From: Nageia nagi
Lineage: Eukaryota > Plantae > Pinophyta
Reading direction: 5' to 3'
DNA length: 64,000 bases
Assembly: GCA_050084985.1 (NCBI GenBank)
Contig: JBITNC010000002.1
Coordinates: forward strand, 37,572,001 to 37,636,000
Each line of letters opens with the position of its first letter. The first letter of the stretch is position 1. The translations under genes were made by a program, and so were the position numbers. The notes beneath the pieces were generated by a model that saw nothing but the letters and a program-made list of their open reading frames with translations, was not told the DNA's origin and did no database searches. Below, in pieces: positions 34,801 through 49,150 of this stretch.

Positions 34801-36891
34801 ATACTCCACATTGCATTCTAGAGAGCTTGTATGGGTTACATTGGATATTGGAGGAGTCGAGCACCGCCTTGGAGAGCCTAGACACTTCACATGGTGCCTT
34901 GGAGGAGCTAGGTACCACACATTGAGCCTTGGAAATGAATTTCACCTCATAATAGGTATTTGAGAGACTTAACATCAGACATTGAGCCTTAGAGAGACTA
35001 TACACTTCATGTTGGGCTTTAAGAGAGATAGGCATCCTACTATAAACTTTAGAGAGTTTGGGCACCTCATGTTGAGCCTTAGAGAGGCAAGGAATCCTAT
35101 GTTGAGTTTTAGTGATGATGTTTACCCAACATTGGGCATGAATAGGTTGCATTCCTTTCATAGAGCATTTTTGAGCTAAGAGGTGCTACATTGGACCTAG
35201 AAAGGTCTACATCCATAATGATGAGCCAGTGAGTAGCTTGGTACCCCACATTGGAGGGTGGAGGATTTTAGGGCCTCTCATATAGTGGTGGGAGAATTTG
35301 GAACCCCACATTGAGCTTGGGGAAGTTTCAACTTTATCTATGGATCAAGGGTTTCGCTTATTTACACTCACCCATGATTTTTTGAAGGTTCTTACAGATA
35401 CATCCCTATGTAGGTACACATGCATCCTCATGTGTATTGAGGTTGACCATGGAGAAGTTGATGAGGAGTGTTAGTTACAACAAACTAAAGTATTTACAAG
35501 TTACATTGATGCATGTTGATGAGCCTTCAATAATTTGCATCATGTTGACATCCTGGACAACAAATATTAAAGTTGCATTCCACCATCATAGATCATTGTT
35601 ATCATGATTGAAGGATTATTGGAAGATAATATGTTTTAGTCTTCCACTATTATTTAGGACAAGCAATTCAAGAGGGAAGGCTTTATGATGTACCCCTTGT
35701 ATGATTGTAATTAACTATAGAATCCAACATATTCATCTTATAATATATTTTATTATCGCATTATACTTTTATGTATGTAACTTGGGATATAAGACTTAAT
35801 GAGTTAATGGACCCTACTGTGAACCCCAAGTGGGACATCTCCCTCCCAAGCTCAGATTAGGTGTTATTATTATACTTGGAGATCCTGACCTTGATTATGG
35901 GAATTCCAAGGTCTATTATTACACTTAGATGGATGGATACATACCTATATGCATGCATTAGCCTTGGGGAAGCTCTCACGTTGGCCTAGCATGACTCTTG
36001 GAACCCACACATGACCCCTAGACCCATGTGGACATGCATAAGACTCCTAGACCCCCATGTTTGCACTTAATTCACCTTAGGCCCCCATGTTGGGCACTTC
36101 AAGCCCCTAGGAGGCTAACATTAGGACTAAGGAATCAAGTGATGAATCCTAGGTGAGATCTAGATAGAGTCGAGTGTATAAAGAGATATTAGAGCCTCAT
36201 TGTTGGATATACCTGATTATACTATTATCTCTTGATACCTTCCTATGGACACAAGTCTTAGCAATGCTAAGAAATCCCCTAAGTGCAACATCTAGTAGGG
36301 CTATCAAATCGAGGAATGTTTTTAGTCTATTACATTAGTGTACCATCCTTGCCCCTCTAATGGTATTTTGAGGTTGTGCTTATACCTTCAATGGTTTCCA
36401 AGATCAAAGGAGGGATCCTTTGATGGAGAGGATTTAAATTCTGAGGGAGCAATATTGTCCCATGGTTTTATCATCGATCCAACAGTGAGAGACATTTGAT
36501 TATTCCCTAATTGGCTCCTTAGAGGCCAACATCAGCCCTATTGGTCCAGGTATTGTATTTTTGAGAATTGTACATCTTACATATAACCATTTGGGCATTG
36601 GATCTCATATTGTATCATTGTTATGTCCATTATTGCAATGTTATGGTGTGTATATTCATTTAATCATGTATGAGCCATACGTTGGTATTATGAGGGTTTA
36701 TATTTTGATATTTGCTTGTATTAGCCAAACATTAGCATCTGGGTGTTGTATGAACTTGTAGTGGATGCCCTAACTTAGATGTTGGTAATATTGTATTGTG
36801 AATGCTTAATCTTGATGCCCTATACCTGATGTTAGGGTTTTTGTAATTGAATTTGTTGATTTTGCACTTGAGTTGTATTTGGATCCTTACG
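31389..36891 (+). mobile_element. Non-autonomous Ty3/Gypsy LTR retrotransposon (gag and protease only; TR-GAG-like)
   Basis: 5' LTR 31389-32614; 3' LTR 35684-36891; TSD CTAAA/CTAAA; tRNA-iMet PBS TGGTATCAGAGC at 32616-32627; PPT AAGAGGGAAGG at 35670-35680. Decayed gag (AWLH*LQTYF, WWYHG, LREEGKCF) and protease (VMVLINPRASHNFID). No RT/RH/IN seen. Confidence 0.92.
34790..35330 (+). repeat. 30-bp minisatellite inside the Gypsy element
   Basis: (A/G)TTG(A/G)GC-type motif at 34921, 34981, 35011, 35071, 35101 and 35131; ORFs on both strands show 10-aa periodicity. Confidence 0.8.
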
Positions 36892-36992
36892 CTAAAGGTT
36901 TATTATACATAGTTTAAGTGAATATTAGGAGAGAAATTATGTGTGTGTGTGTGAAATTATTCAAATTCAATCATATACAGTAATCAAGTTCT

Positions 36993-39900
36993 TGAAAGGA
37001 ATGATGGAAAAGATTCCAAAATAGTATTCCAAAACCTAGATCAAAGACATCAAAAGCATCACATGAAATAGATAATAGAAGCTCCAAATCTGATTAAATT
37101 ATTTAATGGAGAGGCCTTGCATAAATAAGTAAGGGTGTATAATAATAACCATCCAATCATAATAAAAAAGTGGAGAGATAGATATCCAACATATAACAAA
37201 CAAGGAAAGAAAACATACTATCCTAGTAACAACTTAATATATACTCTAACACCCCCTAAGTAATACTAAGAGGTAGTGGATAAATAAAAAAACCAAATAA
37301 GTGGCATATCCACATCCTGGAATTAAGGCTTGATAAGGTACTCATGTATAATATATCCATGAAGATTTATTGGAAGCATGATGAAAAACCATGTGGGAAA
37401 ATCCATTTGCTAATAAAGAAGAAAAAAAGAGTATGTGGAGCAAGATGTCCTCATTGACACCCCTCAAGGATACATTCCTTCACCCAAATAAACCTATGAA
37501 AATTGATGTAACAAGGTGATGTAAAAGGCTTCATAAAGATTTTTGCAACCTACTACTAACTTGAAAGATACTCCAAGTTGATAAATCCATCTTTAATGTG
37601 TTATTGAATTACATGTGAACATTGTATGTGGTACATTGGTGTTCAATATGATTGCAAGAAATATGGATAGCACTATGGTTATCACACTTAAGTACAATAG
37701 GTTGATCCTAGAAGAAATCATATTTTGCCAATAATTGATGAAGCTAAAGAGCCTTTTAACTTCTTATAACAATTGTCTTGTACTATACTTATATGGATGA
37801 TAATACAATAGCTTGCTACTTATCACATAACCAAACAACTAGAGAATAAACAAAATAGAAAATACAACCATAGGTAGAAGAATATTTTCAATTGCACCTA
37901 CCCAATATGACTTAGTGTACCCTACCAACTCTATATAACCTTTAGTGTAGAGTAAATCAAAGTGAATAGCTCATCGTAGATATTGAATAATCCTCTTGAA
38001 TGCCTATTCATGATTATCACAAGGGGTATGGGAAAATCAAGAGACCAACCCAATTGCATATGAAATATCAAGATGAGTATGGGTGATGTACAAAAGACTC
38101 TCCATTAGTTTTCAATATAAAGTACCATTGTAAAGGGGTGAGGTGCATGAGGAAGTTGAAGTAACCCCTAATTGGACTGGTGTATATGATGCCTTGTAAT
38201 AAACCATCCCAAATCATTTTTTAAAATCTAGAGTATACATTTTCTAATATAATTGAAGCCCTAAATCTATCTAAGTGATTTGGAATTTAAGTAGTGAGTC
38301 AATCATAAATTTATCATCTCAAATATCTCAAAAAGATATTATTTAATAATATGAATGCATGAAGTGGAGCTACTAGTGAGAAGCAAATCATCAACATGAA
38401 GGATGAGAATGGTGATATCATCTTCATCTCATCAAATATAAATTATATCATCAACATCAAAATGAACAAATCTAGATAGAAATAAGGACTCCATCTTCTT
38501 ATACCAAGTATGAGGAGCTTATTTGAGACCATAAAGTGACCTTTATAGTCTAAAAATAAGATAAGATTCATAAATAAAACCAATGGACTACTCCATTTAT
38601 ATTTTTTCTTATAAATATCCATATAATAAGGTATTATTCACATCAATATAAAAATATAGACCATCCCTATGATGTAGTAAGTGCAAGTATAAGCCGAATA
38701 GAATCCATCTTTGCACTAAGAGCAAAGGTCTCAGTGTAATCAATACCTTAAACTTGTGAAAATCCCTTATCCACCAGATGGGATTTATACTTATCAATGG
38801 ACCCATTTGATGTATATGTGATTTGATAAAACCACTTACAATGAACTATCTTTCTACCCTTAAGAAAAGGAACACAATCCCAAGTATGAGCCTATGAAAA
38901 GGATGGTGGATCAACTAAAACTAACACAAATACAAGGCTAATACTTGTGGAATGTAAATGAGTGTATCAAGAAAGTGGAAGATCATGTAAGAAAGGGATT
39001 CGTTCCTCACTTGTACTTCATTCCCATCTAGCATAATGATAAGTGATGTAGGATCCTCAATAGTGGGTTATTCATCAAGATGTTCCTCAGTCATATCAAC
39101 AATGGAAGATAAAGTAGGAAGACAAGAATCATGAGGAAGAAGATACGCATCAAATTGAATATGTGATCAAAAGAGAACATCATGTGTATGAGGATTAGGA
39201 ATTCAATAAACCCTAATGTTCTTGCAATATCCAACAAAAATAAGTTATTTTCTCTTCCTATCTAAAGCCTTCTTTTCTTCTTTAGAATGTAGGCCCAAAA
39301 ATGACTCCCCGAAAAAGTAACTTACAAGGTATGTGATTATAAATGTAATTCACATAATTAATTATTTTAGCTTAAAATATAAGTGGTAAATCTCATGAAT
39401 GCATCATATAGTTAGTCATCTCTTTCAATGATTGATTTTTTCTTTCTACCACACTATTATGTTGTGGTATGTGTAGGACAAAATGTTAATGAACAATGTC
39501 ATGTGTCTTAAGGAGGTGTGAAAAATCTTCATTAAAATAACCCCCCCATTATTTGGATGAAGTTTTTTGATAAAATATGTAGCTTGATTCTTAACCAAAG
39601 ATTTTTAATTTAAAAACACATCACTCTTGTACTTGAGAAAATATACCAAAGTAAATATTGAAAAAATACTTATGAATGTTAAAGTGTATTTAGATCCTTT
39701 GAAAGAGGTATTTGGGAAGACCATCAAATCACTATGAACTAACTTCAAGGATGAGGATTCTTTATGGGACTTTGGGAAATGGATCCTGGTGTTATTTCCC
39801 AAGTGTAAAACTATGAAAAATACCATCAAGATATGAAACATTAGGCAAAGCAATAATTATATCATGATTGTTCAAATCCCTCAATAACTTGTAATTGAGA

Positions 39901-40600
39901 TGATCAAATCTCTCTTGTCAAAATTTGCTCTCAAAATATACACGAATAATGAAGCATGTACCTAAATAAGTATCTTCAAAACCCTTCAAATAATATTGCC
40001 TTACACTATGATTAACATCCCCTTTTGCGATATGTGAATTTCATTCCAATGGAATTTTAATTTTGGCTCCTTATGTTGTGAATAAAATAGTCTTCCCCAT
40101 ATTATAGGTATAAATTTGATAGGTAGAAAGAAGATTTATGAAAATGTTTGGAACATGAATAACATAATTGATGTGACCACCATAAATCAAAATATCACCT
40201 TTTCCATTGACATTAATGAAATTTGAGTCTCTAACTTGAATATAAGAGGTTTAACTTGAACAAATAGATGTAAAGGAATCCTTATAAGAAGCCATATGAT
40301 GTGTAGCACCAAATAAAAAATTTAATTATATATAAGATGGTATATATTCCTTAAATCTTCAAAGCCTTACCATGTTCTTAAGGAATATTATTTTTTTGTT
40401 TCTTCATAGAATGCTTTAAGTCTTATAACTTCTTCCAACATTTGGTCAGTGAATGACCACTCTTCCTACAACAAGTATAATTAACAACAAACTTATCTTT
40501 TTCTTTAGTAGTTTTAGGTTGATTTTCATATGAATTTATATCATTTATATTTTGATTCCAATCTATGGGATCCATCTTCAGAATTACTTAGTGAAGAAAA
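36993..40600 (-). mobile_element. Decayed Ty1/Copia element with 3' LTR (36993-37251)
   Basis: PPT CTTAGGGGG next to the TGTTAG LTR start; RNase H relic; RT ILILHVDDLL and SLYGLK*AP; IN LVHSDLM and VYFLKYKSDVF; PR GATHHMAS; zinc knuckle CCRKSGHSLTKCW. Confidence 0.88.
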
Positions 40601-40899
40601 CAAAGTGGAAAATTCTTCCTTAAGTAGAAATGAATATTATCCAATTTCACAAGATCAATGTTGAACCTTAATCCTTATTCTTAAAAAATTATTTAGTTTT
40701 ATATTCTTAAGGACTTGATTGTGAAGGAGATGAAGAGGTTTAGGTAAGAATCTTTATCTCATGAAATACGCTTGAATCTCCATATATTTGATCCTTTGAG
40801 GAAAGACTAGATTTTTGGTTAATGCTATAACTAACTAATTATCTAATTGAATTGTAGTTGTATTTATCTATTAGAAACTAATCTCATATATAATATTTC

Positions 40900-43800
40900 A
40901 AACCCAAATTGCCTCTTAAGTAGTTACAATCATTTCTCAATATTTGACTTCTATTATCAACATAGTGGTTGTATGTTGTTTCTTTGAAGCCTAAGAAATA
41001 GAATTTGATCCAATGTTAAATACATAAGCATTTATAAATTTTTTATCTTCTATATCATCACCATAATTAACATTAGAATATCCATTTAACCCAAATGATC
41101 TTAAATATATATTAACATTTTTCTAGCATGATTGTTTGTAATATTCCATTAAAATTTGAGGCTCATCCTCATTATGAATTCTTATAATCAAAGTTATATT
41201 AACAATAATACTCCCTTTTATTGTGTATTTAGACATGTTCCTTTCAAAATATAAATCCTCTAATGTTTTTTCAAACCAATTAGGTCTTATAGAATGATTG
41301 AAATTAAAAGATTAAAAAATAATCAGTGAAGGTCTTTTATCAAACATGAAATCCCTTGAAACAAATATTAATTTGGTTGAGGAATTGTATAATCTATAGG
41401 CTTTTAATTCATTGTCATACCCAACAAACACACTTTTTTTAGCCTTATTGTCTAATTTCTTTTTCTTTTCTAATGGAATAAATCAGTAAGTAATATTTAA
41501 ACAAAATATTTCAAGAGGAAAGATATCTATTTTCTTACCAATTCATGGTTTAAATGGTGACATTCTTTAACAAATTTTGTTGGAAACCTTTCAAAAATAT
41601 AGACAATTGCATTAATTGATTCTCTCTAAATAAATTTAAGCAAATCTCTAAGTATGATTGTAACCATTTCCATAATTATTTTGTTCTTCCTCTTAATCAA
41701 TCCATTTTATTAAGGAGTATATGAAATAATAAAGTTTCTTTTGATCTCAAATTGAAAATAAAAATTGTTGAACTCATTTCTATTGAATTCTCCTCCATTA
41801 TTTGTTCTTAAGACAATGATTTTGTGATCATTATCTACTAAAGCTTTGAAACATTCAATACAATCACATTTATTTTTCAAAAAATACACAAATTTCATCC
41901 TTGAGAAATCATCAATAAAGGTAATAAAGTAATTAAAAAGAGTTTGCACTTGAAATGGACCCATTAAATATGAATGAACCAAGTAAAGATTTAGAAGCTT
42001 TGATCTTTTTAAATATATGTTTACTCATTTTGAAATCCCCAAAAAAAATTTCATATAAACCTTGTATGGGAGTTATGTTTGGAATTTTAATTGCACAGTT
42101 TTGATTTTTCATAAGTTGCATATTCTTATAAATTAAATGACCAAGTTTGAAATGCTAAATATTATTTAAAAAGTTCACACTTAGAACTAAGCATAACTTT
42201 GTAGGTGATTCACTCATAGTACATAGATTGTAGAAAAGTGGGTTTTGAAAATCATCCATCAACCTTTTACAATCTTCATGAAGGTTCAACAAGATTTTGA
42301 GAGGAACCCATGAAACCTTTACAGTTAACATTGTGAATTTCAAATCACACATGGAGTTAAAAAAAATCTCTTGGTTAATCATGCTATCTCTTAAGATAGA
42401 GCTCAAAATATACAAAGATAAATATTGCCATTGAGTATAATTCTCTAAGGAATCTACTTCTCATAAGATGCATTTACCAATAACATTATTAGGGAAAAAT
42501 AGGGTGTCAAAGATCCTAAATAACCATTCTCTATAAAAGGGATAGGAAGAGGGGACCCTCAAGATACATATCTTCCTCCACTTGGATATTTCTAAAAATA
42601 GAATAAAATATGAATACACAATAATACTCAAATAGAATGCCCTCATTTACAACATGATCAAAAACTAGGAAAAATTACCTCTTTTTGACCTCACACAATA
42701 AATGATTTCATTAGATAAGGCAACAACCACTTGTAAGTCTAGAAGTTCATTCAGGCTCTTTACAATGCCTATTTTACTACCTATGGTGAACATAGGTAGT
42801 ATTACATCTATAACCTTTTGAATTTGAGATGAAAGAGGAGGATTCTTGCAAGCCCTTTCCCATTCATATTTATTTTTTTTATAACCCACAAGATCAATTA
42901 TTTCTCCATAGAAACTTTCCATTACTTCTCTACCATCTCTAATAAAACCCATCATCCAAGTACCAACTAAAAGTAGAACCCCTCAAGATTTCCCCCATAA
43001 TTAATCATTTTCCATGATCTTTGATCATGATCTTACTAAAACCTATATAGCACCTTCCCCCACCTTATGACAAATTTTTTTTGTTTTAATGCTATCAAAC
43101 ATCAACATAATTCATGATTTCCTAAGTAGGTTCTCCAAGTGGGGTTTTCAACCTCATTTGTTCCTTCTCTACTTCAACCTTCCTTGATGATTCCTCCATT
43201 GACTACACACCTTCTCCACCACCAAGGTAATTGTTATCACCACTAGTTGCACTTATAATGAGCAATCCATCCCTTCTTCGCTTCATACCTATCTATTTCT
43301 ATAGGTTCACTAGTCCCTTTCAAATGAAACCCTCTCTTGCTCTTGATTCCACTTATCTCTCTTCTATCTATCAAGGTTACTATCATAATTGCATGCAAAA
43401 TAAATCCATATCTAAATCAATTGAACTAGAAAGAATTATCTTAAATCCTCTTTTAAGATTCCAATTAGTAGCAGTCATCTCAATTATAACTCCTTAATTG
43501 GTAAGTTGAAGAACAAACAATACATTTCTTCTTAATTTTTGGTACAAATAAAATATTCTTAATTATTTTGCCATAATTATTATACTTTCCACACCTATTA
43601 TAAATTTTGAATTATCTCTAATTATGACTAAATCATTATTATGAAGCATTTCAAAATTATCCTTCTCAAAATATATATGATTAGTACAACCAAAATCCAA
43701 TCACAAACATTATCAAGAGATATAGTACACAATGCACACATGTAAGAAAATATTATTTTTGTTAGCAAACTTGTTAGTTATATTGTTGCTTTTATTTTGG

Positions 43801-44720
43801 CCTACTTTGAAAGGCTTCTTTCCTTTTTGGTTTGTTGCATTTTATTTCTTCTAATAAGTGATTTTGTTGTGTATATACACACCATAAAAAATATAATTAT
43901 GATAAAATGTTGGCTTTTGTTCAATTGCTATAAAAATTTGGCTTTTGTTTAATTGCACTCTTGTTGACATGAGAGGATAAGGATGTACATTTGAATTCTA
44001 GCTTGTTGTTCTTCTTAAATTTTTGATAATAATTCTTCACAATTATGGATTTGCTTATTGATTTGTTCCATTTTTTCTTTTTGAAGTTCCTCTTTTCAAA
44101 ATTTAAAGCCACATGTAAATTCTTTATTTCTTTGATAGTTACACATTTTTTTATTAGTGAGAGAATCTTCATGTTAAATTAACATACTAGAGAGAGTATT
44201 TAATTTAATATTCTAATTTTCTTGATCAACAAAGTGTTCAAAATAGTAACATATTCTTTAAATTTGTTTGATATATGTTTTAGTATGATGAAGGTAAGTA
44301 ATTCCACTTTGATTGAATAATAGTCACAAGATAGAAGTTGAGGTCTCAAGTCCTTCATCCTTTCCAAGAAAATTAGTACGCTTTCTATCTATTCCTACTT
44401 AGTGCTAATATTTTGTTGAAAAGAGTAAACTTTCTAGATATGTTAGATCTCATCTTATTAGAATCATTATAATCTCACTTGGGATATATCTAAACAACAT
44501 TGAAAAAACTTGTTGATCTCTTAGGTTATAAACATCCAAAGCTTCTTTGTTTCTTATTGTTGGAGCTACTTCCTCTCCATTTAAAAATTTCCACAATTTC
44601 CTAACTTAAAACTCTTATATCATTCTTTCTTTCCAAATGCTATAATTAGAGTCATCAAAAATATATTTCAGTAAAGGTCATCACATATCCTACCATGTTT
44701 GTTTTATCTATAAAAATACA
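40900..44720 (-). mobile_element. Second decayed Ty1/Copia element (RT largely deleted; interrupted at ~42180-43430)
   Basis: RH AYVFNIGSNSIS*ASKKQ; IN FVGYDNELKAYRLYN, LRTNNGGEF, VHSYLMGPF, FITFIDDFSR; PR LDFGCTNH. Confidence 0.8.
42180..43430 (-). mobile_element. Probable L1 ORF1 (DUF4283-like) relic inserted in the Copia element
   Basis: Interrupts the Copia between protease and integrase; degenerate LWGK...LLLVGTWMMGF motif. Confidence 0.4.
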
Positions 44721-45849
44721 CAATTTATTAGCTTGAATAACCAATTCAAGAAAAACAACAATAATCATAAACCAATTATAATAATTTAGAAAAATAGTAG
44801 AAAGGACTAATCATTTCTTATAGAGTTGGTACTCTAACTAATTTCTTTTAATTGCTTGCAATTCTAATTTCTTTCAATCTTTCATATATATATAATTTAT
44901 CTTTGCTTGTCCTATCTCATAAGATTGTTTCAATTTGATATAGTACAGAAATTTGAAGTTGAAACATTCTCTAAAAAATAATTATTGTATAACTATTCTA
45001 CAATATAATCCTATTGAAATCAAATTGAAGATTGTACAATACAATTTTTTTTATAGTCACAATTTGATTCTTGAGGTATTTTATCCAACAATTCACATGT
45101 TACAATTTGAATGTAATTCAAATAACAGATTGTATTTGAATTTAGATATTTAAATCCTTTTATGTGTGTGTGTGTATCCAAGTATATATTTATTTAATTT
45201 TGTAAAAGTATATAATTAATATTAAGTTGAAGTTTAGACTTTTTAATTTAATTGATATTAAAATATTCTTTAAAATATAACATAAATTTAAATTTTTGAT
45301 ATTTCCACTTTATATATGATGTAATATGTGTTGTGTATAAAAATGATCATCAAGACGAGGTGATCATAATGGAATGCATCATAAAAAATGAATTTTTGCA
45401 CCTAAAATTGTATTTTGAGTATATCTAGCTGAAAAGGAGGATTTGGAACTATAAGACATTTTAGGGAGTTTTCAAAAAGTAGAGAGATGAGACTCAAAAT
45501 TTTTTTTGATAAGGATAAAAAAATTGGTGGGTTTTCAAAAATAGGGCCCCAAAACTTGTGCTTATGGAAAAAATAGATATTTAGTACATATTTCTAGTGT
45601 TTCAAAAGACCAACAATTGTTGAACATCCAATCTCTAATCCTACGAGCCTTGACTAACCTACCACATTCATCAATGTTTTTCATCTAAAAATTTTGTAAG
45701 ATTTGAGAATACATTCCTACATTTTAAACTTTGAAGGTAATAATTATATTTTACATCTTCAGAGTCTTCAATTATAGATTCATAGTTTGCATCTAGGTTA
45801 TTTTGGACAATCATTATCAAATGAGAGGATCCTATAGAAGGATTCTTTA

Positions 45850-47100
45850 CATCACTCTTGGTTGATTTGGGTGATGAATCCTTAAGAATTTCATTCTTTA
45901 TTTCTATTTTGATAATGATTAGCTTATGTTGATCATTAGTCCTATTGATTATGATAGACCTAAGGTCACTGGGTTTACTCTAGTTATTGAAAGATGGCTT
46001 AATGAAAGACCTTGATCCAAATTTGGGGATCAAATTATTCTCCATGGATTCATCCTCAAATTCATCACTTGTAATTGAGAAATAATTTGATCTGGAAATT
46101 TTATTATCAATCTCACCCTCGTTCATTTGGGAGCTATTTTTAATTATATTTTCCTTGCTTTAATTTAACCCATCAAGCCCCTAATGTGAAACTAAGTCCT
46201 TTTGCACTTGTAGTTTTGAGTTTGGTTTTGATCTATTATGAGGGAAATGTTTCTTTAAATGACCATTTAGATGAAAACCATAGCATCATAGATCAACATT
46301 TTCATATTTAATATTTTGGGACTAGTCACCCCTTTGCTACCATGATTTTCACACATCCATCCATACCGCCAACCTTGCTTTGCTAAGATTAGATCTACTT
46401 ACAACATTCTCCTTTGTTTTCCCATCCATTTAAAAAAACCTACCAATATCATTACCAATTTTGATAAATATATTCTCTCCCCAAAATTGAATCAAGAGAG
46501 CATATAAATTGATCCATACTAGAAAGTCTTCCATTTATATGGTAAGAGGATCAAACTTGGGGCTTCATTTTTTAATCGAAATTCCTTTTTTCCTATAGAA
46601 CCAACTGATCCTCTACTCCCAAATAATGTTTCAATTTTTAGTATCCATGAAGGATACTAAAAAATAACCATTGGGAAGCAATTATAGAAAGAATGCCTTG
46701 GCCCATGTATAATAAATGAAACCTTCTAGCTTAGCAAGGCTTAGCCTTCATCCTCATTTTACAAATGATAGTGCCCTCTGCATATATATCAAAATTCATC
46801 ATGAATTCATCTTCATCGATATGTATGGTGGGTGAGATATCTATTTTTTTCATGCAGTTGGGCTTGCGCTCCTTTTGAGAAGGACCTTGCTTTTTTGCAA
46901 ATCCATATTCAAGAGAACAATCTCTTGAAACCTCAACATGACCTTTGCCCCTGACTCCTCTAGGGTTTATTCCATTATCACCCAAGGATAATCCATTTCC
47001 TTGGCTTTTTATAGGCATGAAATTGCTTAAATGTTGCTTAAATTCTTCCATAATTATAAAATTATCCATAAATGATGAAACCCATCCATTCTCCTCTCGT
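45850..47100 (-). mobile_element. L1 LINE ORF1 relic (DUF4283 and zf-CCHC_4-like)
   Basis: PNGYF, SIKK*SPKFDP, VWINLYALLIQFWGENIFIKIGNDIGRF and a degenerate C..C...GH knuckle. Confidence 0.75.
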
Positions 47101-47429
47101 GCAAACTATGTCGAATGTGCACTCTATCCTTTTATTTTGCTTATCACTGACCTCTACAAATACATGACTCAAAACTATTTTTCTTATTTGGAGGGAGGTA
47201 TAATTAATCTAATAACAATATATGGTAATTTTTATAATTTTATTTTAATTTTTAAGAATTATTTTATGTTATTTTTCCCATTTTTAAGCCAAAAAATAGC
47301 TCTAAAATAGAGTAAACATAAAACCCAAATAATTTTTAAAATATACCTTAAATTGAAACAATTTTAATTTGTGTGGATGCATAATAGAAAAGTATATTTT
47401 AGTTTATTTATTTATTTATTTATAAAGCT

Positions 47430-49150
47430 AATTGGAACCTACTTGCACATCATAATACACAAATTTGCAATTTAGCTCTTGACATGCTAGTAGTCACTTG
47501 AAACATTTACTTGCATAGCTCTAGTTGCAAGTATTTGCACTTAAAATATCTACTCACACATGAATTTTACAAAGGAATGCAAGAAAGAGCTTGATTTGTG
47601 AGTGGTTGTACTTAAAAGATCTACTCACACATGAATTTTATAAAGACATGCAAGAAATATTTCAATCTACTAATGGTCATGCTTAAAATGATTAACTTGC
47701 ACATGACTTTTACAAAGATGTACGAGAAAAAAAGTCAAATATGAGTTTTAACATTCATAAATATTTATGGAGAACTAGTGCAAAAATATGAGTATTCACT
47801 CTGAGTGTGAATGAGTGAAAGTACAAGTGAAAATTTTCAATCACATATATCTTAAAAAGCATTTGGGAGTTACTAACTCAAGTACGAGTAAGGGGAACTA
47901 GTCGCACATAGTTCGTTGAGCACTTGCCAGTAACTAACAAATGTATGAGTTAGTTGCACATGAATTAATAAGGGTTTATGAGTAGTGTAAGTTTATTGCA
48001 CATGGCTTGAAATACTTGCAAATGAAAAACAAAGGAAGTATGTGTTTCTACAAATGTACAAGAACATGAAATTAAAAAGTAAAATTTAAATTTATTTTTT
48101 CATTCCTAAACTATTTAGGTGTTGAATATTAAATTAAAAATAGGTTTAAATTTTAAGGTTTTGTTGGAGTCAAGATTAGGTGGAGCACTACATTAGTATC
48201 AAAGCTTCAAGTTCAAACTCTTAGGCCTATGGTCCATGACCTTTTTGTTATAAGTGTCTAGGGAAAGTTGAATTGAAATTTGAATATGCTTGAGCCTAAT
48301 ACAACTCCTTTTTTGGAATCACATTATGGAACTCCCAAGATGTGTTACAAGAGCTTTGAAAAACATTCCCCAAGGTGAGACAATGCATGGTCTCACTGTG
48401 AATGTCAATGTCAATTGTAATGTCAAGGGTAAGAGAGGAAATGATAAGGGTAGGAATGCAAGGGTCATAAATGTGAGGAATGCCAATCAAAGGATTTTAA
48501 ATAACAATGAAGCTGAGAGTTCTTCTCATAGTTCCACTAGGAACAAAGATGGTGAAGAATCCATCAGGAAATTGCAAAAGAAGTTAGTAGACCAACAAGA
48601 ACTTATTAATAATATGCTAAATCAATGAGTTGGTTTCCCACAAGAAGAACCTATTCTAGAACAAGAAGGACCTTCCAATATAAATGAGAAACTCCAAGAA
48701 AAATTGAAAAGGATTTAGCCATAGGTCTGAAGAAAGCCTAAATCTTGAATTTTAATGGCATATAAGAGGGTGAGTAAGTGGGGATTTGGTTAGAGGAGGT
48801 GGAAATGTACTTCTCTATAAAGAACCTATCTCTTGAAATAAAAATGGTATGGGATACCTATAGCTTTCAAGATATTTCACTTGAATGGTGGAATTCATAC
48901 AAGATAGAGCATGAGATCCAACATCTCAAGTGGTAAGATTTTAAGGTAGCCTTCTATAAAAGATTTATTCCACAATTCTACTATGATAAAAAGTATGAGG
49001 ATTACTACAACCTTCAGAAAGGTTCTTTGAATGTGAAAAACTATCACTAGAAGTTTGTGATACTCCTTAAGTATGTAATCGAGGATGAGGACAAGAATCA
49101 CATGAAGTTCCATCGATTAATCATTGGATTGGATCCCAAAATTTAAGATT
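47430..49150 (+). mobile_element. Truncated Ty3/Gypsy (Tekay/Del-like): LTR end, PBS and gag fragment
   Basis: LTR end ...CACTACA at 48192; decayed PBS TAGTATCAAAGC; gag IWLEEVEMYF...LEWWNSY...W*DFKVAFYKRF...YYNLQKGSLNVKNYH*KF; ~72-bp repeats TACTCACACATGAATTTTA at 47550-47720. Confidence 0.8.

Noticed and set aside
34751-35179. Repeat-protein genes (LSKAQ and LSLRE 10-aa repeats)
   Set aside because: By-products of the 30-bp minisatellite within a retroelement.
36940-36953. (TG)n microsatellites here and near 45162
   Set aside because: Short, ordinary simple repeats.
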